Position numbers and translations under genes: made by a program. A stretch of DNA of 64,000 nt from Thiopseudomonas sp. (lineage in GTDB: Bacteria; Pseudomonadota; Gammaproteobacteria; Pseudomonadales; Pseudomonadaceae), in NCBI GenBank assembly GCA_035647115.1, contig DASROA010000051.1, forward strand, positions 6,004 to 70,003, in the 5' to 3' direction. This document shows positions 9,556 through 20,612 of the stretch, one piece after another; the first letter of the stretch is position 1, and every line of letters begins with the position of its first letter. Under the pieces are notes generated by a model that worked only from the letters and a program-made list of their open reading frames with translations, made no database searches and was not told where the DNA came from.

Positions 9556-10851
9556 GTGCGCTCATTGTTTTGGCGAGTATTTGGAGCTTTTTGGTTAGCT
9601 TTGTTGCTCATGGGCGGCCTCACCTATTTGTTAGTGCGCATTTTCAGTCAAGATGAATGGATTCTTAATCAACACCCCGGTTTAAAAGATTTCGCCGCAA
9701 ACTGGCTGGAACGCTATGAGTCCGGCGACACGCGTTCTGCTGCTGAATACTTACAACAGCACCGTCAAAACTATCGAATAGAAACTCAGATACTGGACGC
9801 CTCCGGCATACCTTTAGAGCTAGGACCCACCCCACGAGCTATGTCACCCATTACTAGACGGGGCATGCACCGCTCAACCTGGCGCACCATCACCCAAGAA
9901 GTCGCTGGCAATAAACAACAAGACTATTTATTTGTATACCGCATTGCGCGCAGCGAATTAAGTCATGTGGGCTTACGGCCTTGGGGAGCGCTATTAATTG
10001 CTTTTTTGGTGCTCACTTTAATGAGTTTCTTACTCACCTTATCCATTACTCGACCATTAAACCGTTTACGCCATGCAGTGCATGACCTGGGCCAAACCAG
10101 CTTTCAAAAAGACAGCTTAAAACGCCTGGCTAAGCGTGGCGATGAGCTGGGCCTTTTAGCCGCTGACTTCAATCGCATGGGACAACGCTTACAGGGGCTT
10201 ATTGAAAGTCAGCGGCAATTGCTGCGTGATGTCTCCCATGAATTACGCTCCCCCCTAGCCCGCTTGCAAATTGCTTTGGCTTTAGCAGAGCGTGGTTCCT
10301 CGACAGAACAAGCTGAGTTATGGCCAAGGCTGCATCTAGAGTGTGAACGTCTTGATGGGCTAATTAATGAAATCTTAACCCTAGCGCGTCTGGACCAAGA
10401 GCAAACGGAAAAACAGTCTATTAATATCAATCAGTTACTGATCAAACTTAAAGAAGATGCTGAGCTGTTAGCACCTGAACAGCGTCTCAACATAAGGCAA
10501 ACAAAAAACATCAACTATCAAGGTTGGCCAAGTCTTTTGCACAGAGCATTGGATAATCTGTTACGCAATGCATTGCGTTTTAATCCAGCAGGTCAACCCA
10601 TAGAAATCACCGTTGAACAAACCACTGACACTGTATTGATCCAAATTCGAGACCAAGGTCCCGGAGTTGACGAGGAATATTTATCGCAGCTGGGCAATAG
10701 TTTTTTCCGCGTACCAGGTCAGCAGCAACAAGGTTATGGGCTAGGGCTGGCCATTGCCAAGCGAGCAGTTGAGCAGCATGGTGGACAACTGCAGTTTAGC
10801 AATCACTCGGCAGGTGGCTTTATTGCCAGCGTGATTTTACCAAAAAATTAA
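9556..10851 (+). CDS. cpxA: Sensor histidine kinase (CpxA-like)
   Basis: Two TM segments, HAMP, DVSHELRSPL H-box, NLLRNA, DQGPG, GLGLAI. Confidence 0.8.
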   Translation: MRSLFWRVFGAFWLALLLMGGLTYLLVRIFSQDEWILNQHPGLKDFAANWLERYESGDTRSAAEYLQQHRQNYRIETQILDASGIPLELGPTPRAMSPITRRGMHRSTWRTITQEVAGNKQQDYLFVYRIARSELSHVGLRPWGALLIAFLVLTLMSFLLTLSITRPLNRLRHAVHDLGQTSFQKDSLKRLAKRGDELGLLAADFNRMGQRLQGLIESQRQLLRDVSHELRSPLARLQIALALAERGSSTEQAELWPRLHLECERLDGLINEILTLARLDQEQTEKQSININQLLIKLKEDAELLAPEQRLNIRQTKNINYQGWPSLLHRALDNLLRNALRFNPAGQPIEITVEQTTDTVLIQIRDQGPGVDEEYLSQLGNSFFRVPGQQQQGYGLGLAIAKRAVEQHGGQLQFSNHSAGGFIASVILPKN

Positions 10852-11414
10852 TGGCGTTCTGACCAACTGCGCACTAAAGGTGCTGGATCAACATAAGGTG
10901 GGTTGCGCAGCGAGTTAATGGGTGTGCCCAAATACATATAAGCAACAATTTGCTCATTGTCCTGCAAACCCAAACCTTGTTCGATAACTGTATTGTCTGC
11001 AACGGTACCGGTGCGCCAGACTGCACCCACGCCTAAGGCGTGTGCCGCTAATAATATTCCGTGCGCCGCGCAACCTGCGGCAAGCAGTTGCTCATGAGCA
11101 GGTACTTTTTCATGTTCAGTGACTGTAGCAATCACCAGCAAAATCATAGGCGCCCGTAATGGCAGCTCGCGGGTTCTATTAATTTGCTCTGCATCTGCTT
11201 CAGGTGCAGTGCTCAGTAAACCCTCAACAAAAAGCTCACCAAGTTGTTCACGTTCTTCACCTTGTATTGTCAAAAAGCGCCAAGGATTTAATTGCCCGTG
11301 GTCAGGAGCACGCAAAGCAGCACGCAGCATCAAGTCAAGCTGCTCGGCACTTGGCGCCGGCTCTTTTAAACGAGGCACTGATACGCGCTTTAGTAGAAGC
11401 TCTATGGCATCCAT
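10848..11414 (-). CDS. NAD(P)H nitroreductase (YdjA family)
   Basis: RAPDHGQLNPWRF and GAVWRTG motifs. Confidence 0.88.
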   Translation of the reverse strand: MDAIELLLKRVSVPRLKEPAPSAEQLDLMLRAALRAPDHGQLNPWRFLTIQGEEREQLGELFVEGLLSTAPEADAEQINRTRELPLRAPMILLVIATVTEHEKVPAHEQLLAAGCAAHGILLAAHALGVGAVWRTGTVADNTVIEQGLGLQDNEQIVAYMYLGTPINSLRNPPYVDPAPLVRSWSERH

Positions 11415-11554
11415 TGCTATTCCTCAACTATTGAATATATCAAGGCTGTAATGATTCTTGATTGCATAGTTTATAGTCTCAGCATCACTTGCGCAATAAC
11501 CAACCTAAATGCTGCGGTATTAATCCGGCTAAAAAGAAGCTAATTACGCTAAAG

Positions 11555-11905
11555 CTAACTCATTAAACACGGACGCTCCAAGGGCGGCAAACCATGGGCA
11601 ATACGTGCCGCGTCACAATCCGGGTTGTGCTCACCATTTTGCCAAGATGCTTGAAAGTCTCGACAAGTTGTTGAGCGCTGGGCATAAATAGTACAGCTGA
11701 CCTTAGCCCCTACCTCACCTTCTAAGGCGACACAATGAGCTGGTTGGCATTGGGTTCCTTGCATAGCTACAAAAGTCGGATTGATAGCTGTTAAGTATTC
11801 ATCAGGAACGCTGCCACCTGCTGACTGCGCTTCACCCCAGAAAAAAGATACACGAAAATGGGCGCAACAAGCGCCACAGGACAAACACGGATTAACTATA
11901 CTCAT
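11555..11905 (-). CDS. YkgJ family cysteine-cluster protein
   Basis: CLSCGACC...C..L...CTIYAQR...CRDF pattern. Confidence 0.88.
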   Translation of the reverse strand: MSIVNPCLSCGACCAHFRVSFFWGEAQSAGGSVPDEYLTAINPTFVAMQGTQCQPAHCVALEGEVGAKVSCTIYAQRSTTCRDFQASWQNGEHNPDCDAARIAHGLPPLERPCLMS

Positions 11906-12107
11906 TCTTCGATCACGTCATTAATAACCAACAAATCAAATATTTTGTTTTGCTCGCCCTGGCCAATCCAGGATACTATCCAAGCACTACCTTACTTTTA
12001 GCTGGACATGCGCAGTGCAGCGACAGGCTGTCACTATACCAATCCTTTAATAATCAGTAGTATGGATAATAATTATAGGTACCGACTGATTTAGGGAAGC
12101 AAAAGTT

Positions 12108-13499
12108 ATGGAAGGATGCACTACAAAACAGTCAAGGAAAATAATGTCAAGCATGCCACTGCAAGACTTTTTCCCAAGAATAGCCGTCTATCTTTTCATT
12201 GCTATACTCGTTGCTGTGGGCATTTACAGCGAGTTCCTGCCATATAACTTATTGTGGTTAGTACCCTATGCCCTACTTTACCCACAAGCTGCACTCTTAA
12301 TTAGCACACAATTCAAGCGTCTGTACCCTAGACTGCTGACAAGGAGCTTACTGGTTTTAGACGCACTACAAGTAGGGGCTTTAATTACCTTATTAGGCTA
12401 TGCTTTAGTGCCTTCAATGATGTTGCTATTAATTGTTGCATACAGTGCCTTAGTACTGGGCGGAACACTTTTAATGCTACCAATGCTCGTTGGCATTTTA
12501 ACTGCTTCGGCAATCACCTACCTTTTGATATTGCCAGATATTCAACTCGAAGCAAACTTACTGCTCTCCACAACGAGCACCTTATTTACACTAGTTTATG
12601 TGTGTTTAATTGCCTACTCTACCCACCATTACAGTTTGCGTTTTGCCAAGTTAGAAAAGCAAATCCAAGCTAAAAAAGCAAAGTCCACCAGTCAAGCCTA
12701 TAACTCAGCTAAGTACTTGTCGCCGCACGTCTGGCAAACCATTTTCAATGATAAAAACACCCTCAAACTCGATACGCAGCGTAAAAAACTTACCGTATTC
12801 TTTTCTGATATTAAAGGTTTCGCAGAGCTCTCTGAAGAGCTGGAAGCAGAAGCTTTAACCGACATACTGAATAACTACCTTAATGAAATGTCTAAAATAG
12901 CCATTAAGTACGGTGCTACCATCGATAAATTTATTGGTGACAGCATTATGATTTATTTTGGTGACTCCGGGACTCAGGGTGCTAAAAAAGATGCAGTGGC
13001 TGCCGTTTCCATGGCTATTGAGATGCGTAAACATATGAAGGTTTTGCGACAATATTGGCGCGCTCAAGGCATAGATAAACCTTTAGAAATCCGTATGGGA
13101 ATCAACACTGGGTACTGCACCATAGGTAGCTTCGGCTCAGGAATGCGCATGGATTACACTATTATTGGTCGTGAAGTTAACATCGCCAGTCGTCTCGAAT
13201 GTGCTGCGGAAACCAATGAGATACTGATTTCTAATGAAACTCACTCTTTAACCAAAGATGTGATTATGGCCCGCGACAAAGGCCAAATTACCGTAAAAGG
13301 CATTTCACGTCCTGTGCAAGTGTACCAAGTCGTTGACTTTCGTTGTGATCTCGGCGCAGATTGCAGCTATGTGGAGCACGAGTTGCCGGGCTTCTCTATG
13401 TACCTAGATACCAATGATATTCAGAATTACGATAAAGAACGAGTGATCGAAGCACTAGAGGAGGCCGCTGAACGTTTGCGTGACCGAGTTATTATGTGA
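12108..13499 (+). CDS. cyaB: Membrane-bound class III adenylate cyclase (CyaB-like)
   Basis: N-terminal TM bundle plus LTVFFSDIKGF, IDKFIGD, MGINTG, VNIASRLE; exact start uncertain (12108-12153). Confidence 0.88.
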   Translation: MEGCTTKQSRKIMSSMPLQDFFPRIAVYLFIAILVAVGIYSEFLPYNLLWLVPYALLYPQAALLISTQFKRLYPRLLTRSLLVLDALQVGALITLLGYALVPSMMLLLIVAYSALVLGGTLLMLPMLVGILTASAITYLLILPDIQLEANLLLSTTSTLFTLVYVCLIAYSTHHYSLRFAKLEKQIQAKKAKSTSQAYNSAKYLSPHVWQTIFNDKNTLKLDTQRKKLTVFFSDIKGFAELSEELEAEALTDILNNYLNEMSKIAIKYGATIDKFIGDSIMIYFGDSGTQGAKKDAVAAVSMAIEMRKHMKVLRQYWRAQGIDKPLEIRMGINTGYCTIGSFGSGMRMDYTIIGREVNIASRLECAAETNEILISNETHSLTKDVIMARDKGQITVKGISRPVQVYQVVDFRCDLGADCSYVEHELPGFSMYLDTNDIQNYDKERVIEALEEAAERLRDRVIM

Positions 13500-13731
13500 A
13501 TAAGCGAGCGACGTCTTGTTCATTAAACGGCCAGTTTAACTCTTCACCATTATCCACTCGGCGCAAAACAGGAATTGTCAGCGAATAGCGTTCTAACCAC
13601 TCCGGTGAGTCCATAATATCTAACAGTTCTACGATTAAACCCTGTGCTACAAAAGGCATTAACAGCTGTTCTGCCTCATCACATAAATGACAACCGAGCG
13701 TGCCAAACAGCTCGCAATGTGCGCTGCTCAT
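13492..13731 (-). CDS. Glutaredoxin-like protein (DUF836 type)
   Basis: GCHLCD CxxC motif, IPVL, ELNWPF. Confidence 0.85.
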   Translation of the reverse strand: MSSAHCELFGTLGCHLCDEAEQLLMPFVAQGLIVELLDIMDSPEWLERYSLTIPVLRRVDNGEELNWPFNEQDVARLFT

Positions 13732-13896
13732 ATTCAGTCTGCCTCAAAATAAAAATGCATTGTAAGCGATAAACACATCTAAATCAGTTGCTTGTCATAC
13801 AAAACAGTGTTTTAAATGCTGTTTTTAGGTGTTATTCAATTTCTGTGCCATACTAGATTGAATACTACTTCAGAGGCATTTTTATATGATTAGGGA

Positions 13897-14595
13897 ATGA
13901 GTACAAATAAATATTATACAAAGATAGAAACTATAAGTATTGAAGGTGTTGATGACCTTGTTATTCGATCACTACTTGATCGACAGCAATACTATGACCC
14001 CACTGGTGCTGCGCAAAGGCTAGGAATTTGCTCAGCCTCATGGTCTTTATTTGGTATGCTCTGGCCTTCCAGCATTCACTTAGCAAGCGCTTTGGCTAAA
14101 CGACCCGTAAACCCAGATGAGAAAATACTTGAAATTGGCTGCGGCTTGGCATTAGCTAGCCTAGTTGCTCACCGTCAGGGAGCAAATATTACTGCATCAG
14201 ACCGCCACCCCAAAGCAAAAAAGTTTTTACAAGAAAACCTGCGTTTAAACAATTTGCCAAAACTTCCTTTTCGACATGGCCAATGGGGAGAGCACCCTAC
14301 GCCATCGATTGATGATACCGGCGCCGAACTACTCACTAAACAATATGATTTAATTGTAGGCAGCGATTTACTATACGAGCCCGATATGCCTAAGGCTTTA
14401 GCGCGCTTTGTTAACTTACATGCCAAGGAATCGGCAGAAATTTGGATAGCTGATCCGAACCGCGGCTATCGACCAGCCTTTACCCGTAAAATGCAGACCT
14501 TAGGCTTTGAATTAAGCTCAGATATAGTTATACAAGACTTGGATACTGAGGGTGAAGAGTATCGCGGACGCTTATTGGTTTATAACCGAAACTAA
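13897..14595 (+). CDS. Class I SAM-dependent methyltransferase (METTL21/Methyltransf_16-like)
   Basis: LWPSS, ILEIGCGLAL, ASD, YDLIVGSDLLYE motifs. Confidence 0.8.
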   Translation: MSTNKYYTKIETISIEGVDDLVIRSLLDRQQYYDPTGAAQRLGICSASWSLFGMLWPSSIHLASALAKRPVNPDEKILEIGCGLALASLVAHRQGANITASDRHPKAKKFLQENLRLNNLPKLPFRHGQWGEHPTPSIDDTGAELLTKQYDLIVGSDLLYEPDMPKALARFVNLHAKESAEIWIADPNRGYRPAFTRKMQTLGFELSSDIVIQDLDTEGEEYRGRLLVYNRN

Positions 14596-14654
14596 TGGGC
14601 TGAATAGATAACTGTTTAAAATGTGTTATATGTGAATAATTTGAAATGATAATC

Positions 14655-14685
14655 AAAAAAGGGTGACCGAAGTCACCCTTTTTTT
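14655..14685. terminator. Strong bidirectional terminator after rpsA
   Basis: A6-GGGTGAC-cgaa-GTCACCC-T7 (UUCG loop on the rpsA strand). Confidence 0.9.
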
Positions 14686-14698
14686 CGACTGCTAGAAC

Positions 14699-16381
14699 TT
14701 AGTTCTTGCCTTCTTCTTGAGCTTGACGGATCAGATCACCTAAAGTGGTCGGTCCTGCAGCTTCTGTTTCTTGCTTACGCAACTCTTTCATTGCGTCTTT
14801 CTCTTCTTCAACATCTTTCGACTTGATAGACAAGTTAATCACACGTGATTTACGATCGATATTGATGATTTTCGCTTCAACTTCGTCGCCTTCATTCAGA
14901 ACGTTACGTGCATCTTCAACACGGTCACGGCTGATTTCTGAGGCTCTTAGTACTGCTTCAATGTCGTCGGCTAATAGGATAACTGCACCTTTAGCATCAA
15001 CTTCTTTTACGGTACCGCGCACAATGGTGCCTTTCTCGTGTTGTGAAGCATAGCTGGAGAACGGATCGTCTTCTAACTGCTTGATACCCAGGGAGATACG
15101 CTCACGCTCTGGGTCAACAGACAGAATAACTGTTTCTAGCTCATCACCTTTTTTGTAGCGACGAACTGCTTCTTCGCCTGCTTCGTGCCAGCTGATATCT
15201 GACAGGTGAACTAAACCATCAATGCCGCCTTCTAGGCCGATAAAGATACCGAAGTCGGTGATGGACTTAATGGTGCCAGAAATTCTATCGTTTTTATTGT
15301 ACTGAGCGGAGAAGTCTTCCCAAGGGTTGGACTTGCACTGCTTAATACCCAGTGAAATACGACGACGCTCTTCATCAATGTCTAGAATCTGAACTTCAAC
15401 TTCGTCATTCACCTGAACAACTTTAGATGGGTGAATGTTTTTGTTGGTCCAGTCCATTTCTGAAACGTGAACTAAACCTTCAACGCCTTCTTCCAGCTCA
15501 GCGAAGCAGCCGTAGTCAGTCAGGTTAGTGACGCGTGCCATAACACGTGTACCTTCTGGGTAACGTGACTTGATGGCAACCCAGGGATCTTCACCCAGTT
15601 GCTTCAGGCCTAGAGAAACGCGGTTGCGCTCACGGTCAAACTTAAGAACTTTTACGTCGATCTCATCGCCAACGTTAACGATTTCGCTTGGGTGCTTAAT
15701 GCGCTTCCAAGCCATATCAGTAATGTGCAGTAAGCCGTCAACACCACCCAAGTCAACAAATGCACCGTAATCAGTGAGGTTCTTAACGATACCTTTGATT
15801 TGTTGACCTTCTTGTAGGCTCTCAAGCAAAGCTTCACGCTCAGCACTGTTTTCTGCTTCCAGAACAGCACGACGTGAAACAACTACGTTATTACGCTTTT
15901 GATCAAGCTTGATGACTTTAAATTCAAGCTCTTTACCTTCCAGGTGCGTGGTATCACGGACTGGACGCACGTCAACCAGTGAGCCTGGTAGGAATGCGCG
16001 GATGCTGTTGACATCAACTGTAAAGCCACCTTTGACCTTACCGTTAATAACACCGGTAACCACTTCTTCAGCGTTAAAGGACGCTTCCAGAACCAGCCAA
16101 GCCTCAGCACGCTTAGCTTTCTCGCGGGACAGTTTGGTTTCACCAAAGCCGTCTTCTACCGCGTCAAGCGCAACGTGAACTTCATCACCAATGGCAACGG
16201 CCAGCTCACCTTGCTCATTGTAGAACTGTTCGACTGGGATCACGCCTTCTGATTTCAAACCAGCGTGTACTGTTACCCAATCACCGTCGATATCTACAAC
16301 AATACCGGAGATGATTGCTCCGGGCTGCATGTCTAGAGTTTTTAGGCTTTCTTCAAAAAGGTCTGCAAAGCTTTCGCTCAT
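14699..16381 (-). CDS. rpsA: 30S ribosomal protein S1
   Basis: [13 protein letters not shown] start and repeated S1 domains. Confidence 0.98.
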   Translation of the reverse strand: MSESFADLFEESLKTLDMQPGAIISGIVVDIDGDWVTVHAGLKSEGVIPVEQFYNEQGELAVAIGDEVHVALDAVEDGFGETKLSREKAKRAEAWLVLEASFNAEEVVTGVINGKVKGGFTVDVNSIRAFLPGSLVDVRPVRDTTHLEGKELEFKVIKLDQKRNNVVVSRRAVLEAENSAEREALLESLQEGQQIKGIVKNLTDYGAFVDLGGVDGLLHITDMAWKRIKHPSEIVNVGDEIDVKVLKFDRERNRVSLGLKQLGEDPWVAIKSRYPEGTRVMARVTNLTDYGCFAELEEGVEGLVHVSEMDWTNKNIHPSKVVQVNDEVEVQILDIDEERRRISLGIKQCKSNPWEDFSAQYNKNDRISGTIKSITDFGIFIGLEGGIDGLVHLSDISWHEAGEEAVRRYKKGDELETVILSVDPERERISLGIKQLEDDPFSSYASQHEKGTIVRGTVKEVDAKGAVILLADDIEAVLRASEISRDRVEDARNVLNEGDEVEAKIINIDRKSRVINLSIKSKDVEEEKDAMKELRKQETEAAGPTTLGDLIRQAQEEGKN

Positions 16382-16500
16382 GTTTAATCCTGCTGATGGA
16401 GGGCAAAACTGCCCAAATCCACATTCCAGATATAATGTGGTCTTATTTATAAATTGAAGTCATGGGAGCCATTATCTGGGGCTCTACATGCTTCATACTT
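16382..16500 (-). promoter_or_regulatory. Structured rpsA 5' leader
   Basis: Three successive inverted repeats (16401-16414, 16419-16440, 16455-16495) directly upstream of AGGA-N-ATG. Confidence 0.5.
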
Positions 16501-16535
16501 TTAGGCGACTGGCTGAGTATTAAACCCTGCTTCAG

Positions 16536-17213
16536 TCACTCTATTTGCCCAGTCAAGCTGCGCACAGCAACTTCACTAAGAATTCTTTCCAGTACTTGCT
16601 CGATGGTCATTGCCGTTGAGTCCAAGATAATAGCATCTTCAGCGGGTTTCAACGGAGCGATCGCACGATTAGTGTCACGCTCATCACGGGCACGTATCTC
16701 TTCGAGAAGACTTGACAGTGTAACAGCCTCACCTTTTTCCTTCAACTGCAAATAACGACGTCGGGCACGTTCTTCTGCATCGGCCGTTAAGAACACTTTT
16801 AAAGGTGCATCAGTGAACACCACAGTCCCCATATCACGCCCATCAGCAACTAAACCTGGCGGTTGCCGAAAATCGTGTTGACGGCGCAGCAAGCCAGAAC
16901 GAACACCTGGTAAGGTTGCAATTTTAGAGGCATTTGCACCCACAGCAACAGTGCGTATTGCATCGGTGATATCGGTGTTCTCAAATATAATGCGCTGCTG
17001 CACAAACTGCACATCTAAAGCTGCTGCTAATGCTTCTAAGGCTGCCTCATCTGTAAAGTCCACTTTGTGTTTTTCTGCAGCCAAAGCTAAGACGCGGTAA
17101 AGTGCACCGGAATCCAATAAGTGCCACTGTAAATGCTCGGCTAATAACCCAGCAACAGTACCTTTACCTGAGCCGCTGGGGCCATCGATGGTGATAACTA
17201 CAGGTAGACTCAT
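16536..17213 (-). CDS. cmk: Cytidylate kinase
   Basis: [31 protein letters not shown]. Confidence 0.97.
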   Translation of the reverse strand: MSLPVVITIDGPSGSGKGTVAGLLAEHLQWHLLDSGALYRVLALAAEKHKVDFTDEAALEALAAALDVQFVQQRIIFENTDITDAIRTVAVGANASKIATLPGVRSGLLRRQHDFRQPPGLVADGRDMGTVVFTDAPLKVFLTADAEERARRRYLQLKEKGEAVTLSSLLEEIRARDERDTNRAIAPLKPAEDAIILDSTAMTIEQVLERILSEVAVRSLTGQIE

Positions 17214-19444
17214 ACTAAACTCTCGTTAACCACGCGCATCCCTACTTGCTCACACAATTCCAAGAAATTAGGGAACGATGTTGCCACATGAATGCTGTCA
17301 TGGATTCGAATAGGAGCATTGGCGCGCAAAGAAGCAACACTAAAGGACATCGCAATGCGGTGATCACCATGCGCCCAAACTTCACCACCACCCATCTGCC
17401 CCCCTTCAATAATAATGCCGTCTGCTGTGCCTTGGGCTTCAATTCCCAACGTCGTTAAACCATCCACCATCACTTGAATGCGGTCGGACTCTTTGACTCT
17501 TAGCTCTTCGGCTCCGCGCAACACAGTGCGGCCTTCGGCGCAAGCGGCAGCTATAAATAATACGGGGAACTCGTCAATGGCTAAAGGCACAAGCTCCAAT
17601 GGGATTTCAATGCCTTTTAGATTGGCACTGCGCACACGAATATCGGCCACCAGCTCGCCCCCTACTTCATGCACACGCTCCATGCTTAAATCTGCGCCCA
17701 TGAGTTTTAAAATATCGATAATACCAGTACGGGTTGGATTAATACCTACGTGCTCTAAAAGCAAGTCAGAACCAGGTGCGATGCTGGCTGCCACCATGAA
17801 AAAAGCAGCGGATGAAATATCAGCCGGTACTTCAATGCGGGTGCCCGTTAGCTGGTGATTGCTTTCCAGTTTAGCGGTAGCTTCATGCACTTCCACCGGG
17901 TAGCCAAAGCCACGCAACATACGTTCTGTATGGTCACGGGTCGGTGCTGGCTCAGTCACCGAGGTCTCTCCATCGGCATACATTCCTGCAAGCAATAAGC
18001 ATGACTTAACCTGAGCGCTGGCCACCGGCATTGCATAATGTATCCCCTTGAGCTGTTGGCCGCCACGCAGCGTTAAAGGTGGTCGTCCATCGGCTGCTGT
18101 TTCAATCACTGCACCCATCTCCCGCAGGGGCTTAGCAATACGATCCATGGGCCGCTTAGACAGTGAAGCATCACCGGTTAAAGTGCTATCAAAAGCTTGC
18201 GCTGCCAAAATGCCTGACAGCAAGCGCATCGTAGTACCTGAGTTACCCACATAAATAGGGCCTGGTGGTGCTTGCAAACCATGCAATCCGACACCGTGCA
18301 CAACCACACGACCTTCTGTTGGACCTTCAATCACCACGCCCATGTCACGAAATGCCTGGATAGTCGCTAAGGCGTCCTCACCTTCCAGGAAACCTGTAAC
18401 TTCTGTGGTTCCTTCCGCCAAAGACCCCAACATAATGGCACGGTGAGATATGGATTTATCTCCCGGTACTCGAATTCTTCCTTTGACCTGCCCGCCAGGG
18501 CTCGCTAAAAAAACTAGATCATTATCAAGCATGGTTTCCACATAAGCCCTTTGAGCTAAAATTGTACTGAAATGTTCGCGAGCTGCACGTGCGCGGGTAA
18601 ACACCCCCAGCAAATGACGCCCATCTTGTTCGGCAATTGCATTGCGTAAGCTATCCAGATCATCACGAAACTGATCAAGCTGTTGTAAAACAGCAGTCCG
18701 ATTGGCAAGAAAAATATCGTGCCACATCACAGGATCACTGCCTGCAATACGGGTAAAATCACGAAAACCACCGGCGGCATAGCGAAATATTTCTAGATTT
18801 TCACTTCTTTTGGCCAGAGAGTCGACTAAACCAAAAGCCAACAAGTGAGGTAAATGACTGGTTGCTGCCAACACGCGATCATGTTGCTCGACACTCATCC
18901 TTTCAACATCGGCGCCGAGTCCTTGCCATAATTTTTCCACACAGAGTAAAGCACTCTCAGCAGTATTGACGTGAGGGGTAAGTATAACTTTATGGCATTC
19001 AAAAAGATTGGGATTGACCGCTTCCACTCCGCTGCGCTCAGAACCAGCGATCGGGTGTCCCAGCACTAAATTGGCTGGCAGCTCCCCGTAGACTTGCTGC
19101 GCAGCACTTAACAAATGCCCTTTTACACTGCCGGCATCAGTGATTATTGCAGAGTCGACTTTTAACGCAGCCAGTTGAGTGAGCAAACCTTTTAATGCCA
19201 ATACCGGCACTGCTAATAAAATCACCTCAGCATCATGACAGACTTGCGCTAGCTCAGTGCTGCACCGATCAACAATGCCCAGTTCTACTGCTCGCTGGCA
19301 AGCTTGGGCATTAAGATCAACTCCGATAACGCTTCGTGCCAACCCCCTATCGCGAATTCCTTTAGCAAAAGAAGCGCCGATCAAACCCAGTCCAACGACA
19401 ACTAAGCAATCAATAATGGGAGTAGACGAAGACGCTTTGTGCAT
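17210..19444 (-). CDS. aroA: Bifunctional prephenate dehydrogenase / EPSP synthase
   Basis: N-terminal [19 protein letters not shown] (TyrA); C-terminal [28 protein letters not shown] (AroA). Confidence 0.95.
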   Translation of the reverse strand: MHKASSSTPIIDCLVVVGLGLIGASFAKGIRDRGLARSVIGVDLNAQACQRAVELGIVDRCSTELAQVCHDAEVILLAVPVLALKGLLTQLAALKVDSAIITDAGSVKGHLLSAAQQVYGELPANLVLGHPIAGSERSGVEAVNPNLFECHKVILTPHVNTAESALLCVEKLWQGLGADVERMSVEQHDRVLAATSHLPHLLAFGLVDSLAKRSENLEIFRYAAGGFRDFTRIAGSDPVMWHDIFLANRTAVLQQLDQFRDDLDSLRNAIAEQDGRHLLGVFTRARAAREHFSTILAQRAYVETMLDNDLVFLASPGGQVKGRIRVPGDKSISHRAIMLGSLAEGTTEVTGFLEGEDALATIQAFRDMGVVIEGPTEGRVVVHGVGLHGLQAPPGPIYVGNSGTTMRLLSGILAAQAFDSTLTGDASLSKRPMDRIAKPLREMGAVIETAADGRPPLTLRGGQQLKGIHYAMPVASAQVKSCLLLAGMYADGETSVTEPAPTRDHTERMLRGFGYPVEVHEATAKLESNHQLTGTRIEVPADISSAAFFMVAASIAPGSDLLLEHVGINPTRTGIIDILKLMGADLSMERVHEVGGELVADIRVRSANLKGIEIPLELVPLAIDEFPVLFIAAACAEGRTVLRGAEELRVKESDRIQVMVDGLTTLGIEAQGTADGIIIEGGQMGGGEVWAHGDHRIAMSFSVASLRANAPIRIHDSIHVATSFPNFLELCEQVGMRVVNESLV

Positions 19445-19445
19445 A

Positions 19446-20558
19446 TTAATCCTGCTGTAACACCTGGGTTAATACATCTAAAAACCTTTGGTTTTCCGCT
19501 GCGGTACCAATAGATACCCGTAAGAAGTTTGGCATACCGTAACCTGCAACAGGACGTACTATGACGCCTTGCTCAAGCAAAGCTTGATTAATGGATGCAG
19601 CGTCGCTCTGAAACTCTACCGCGATAAAGTTACCTTTTGAAGGTAACCAAGACAACCCTAACTGTTTAAAGCCCTCTTCCAGCTGCTGCATTCCTTGCTT
19701 ATTATTGTCTCTACTACGCTCAAGGTATTCTTGATCGTGCAGTGCAGCACAAGCGGCAATTAAGGCTAGACTATTGACATTAAAAGGCTGGCGCACGCGG
19801 TTTAAGATTTCCGCCACTTCCTGTGACGATACTGCATAACCTACACGTAGTGCGGCTAAGCCGTATGCCTTTGAAAAGGTGCGTGAAACCAAGAGATTTG
19901 GATAACGACTCAAGTAAGCCATGCCATCCGGTAAATCTGTATCTGCCGCATACTCTATATAGGCTTCATCCAGCACCACTAAAACGTCCGCTGGTACTTT
20001 AGCCAAAAAAGAATTCAATGCCGCTTGATCAAACCAAGTGCCGGTAGGGTTATTAGGGTTAGCAATAAACACCACACGGGTATTGTTGTCTATTGCTGCA
20101 GCCATGGCCTCAAGATCATGGCCATAATTTCTAGCGGGGATCTGTCGGCACTCAGCACCCGACGCCAAAGTTGCAATCGGGTAAACAGCAAAGGCGTGCT
20201 CACTGAAAATAGCGTTAGTGCCAGGAGCAAGCCAAGCGCGCGCCACCAGCTCAAGAATATCGTTGGAACCATTACCTAAGGTGATTTGTGCAGCGTCCAC
20301 ATTATAGTGTGCAGCCAGCTGACTTTTTAAAGCAAAACCACTGCCATCTGGGTAGCGGGTTAACTCCGAGAGCTCTTGTTGAATTGCCTCACAGACTTTA
20401 GCGCTCGGGCCTAATGGGTTTTCATTACTGGCTAATTTAACAATATCTGCTGGGTTGAGATTAAATTCGCGCGCCAATTCTTCGACGGGCTTGCCTGGCA
20501 CATAAGGCGACAGCTGTTGCACACCAGGCAATGCTAAATCAAGAAAACTACGACTCAT
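19446..20558 (-). CDS. hisC: Histidinol-phosphate aminotransferase
   Basis: KLASNENP, NPNNPTG, DEAY, RTFSKAYGLAALRVG. Confidence 0.95.
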   Translation of the reverse strand: MSRSFLDLALPGVQQLSPYVPGKPVEELAREFNLNPADIVKLASNENPLGPSAKVCEAIQQELSELTRYPDGSGFALKSQLAAHYNVDAAQITLGNGSNDILELVARAWLAPGTNAIFSEHAFAVYPIATLASGAECRQIPARNYGHDLEAMAAAIDNNTRVVFIANPNNPTGTWFDQAALNSFLAKVPADVLVVLDEAYIEYAADTDLPDGMAYLSRYPNLLVSRTFSKAYGLAALRVGYAVSSQEVAEILNRVRQPFNVNSLALIAACAALHDQEYLERSRDNNKQGMQQLEEGFKQLGLSWLPSKGNFIAVEFQSDAASINQALLEQGVIVRPVAGYGMPNFLRVSIGTAAENQRFLDVLTQVLQQD

Positions 20559-20612
20559 TTACTTTCCTTAAACAGTGGCTGCACTCACTTTTAAGCACAG
20601 CCAAAAGCTCAG

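Noticed and set aside
17210-19444. TyrA-AroA fusion as a novelty
   Set aside because: This fusion is well known in Pseudomonadaceae and related Gammaproteobacteria.
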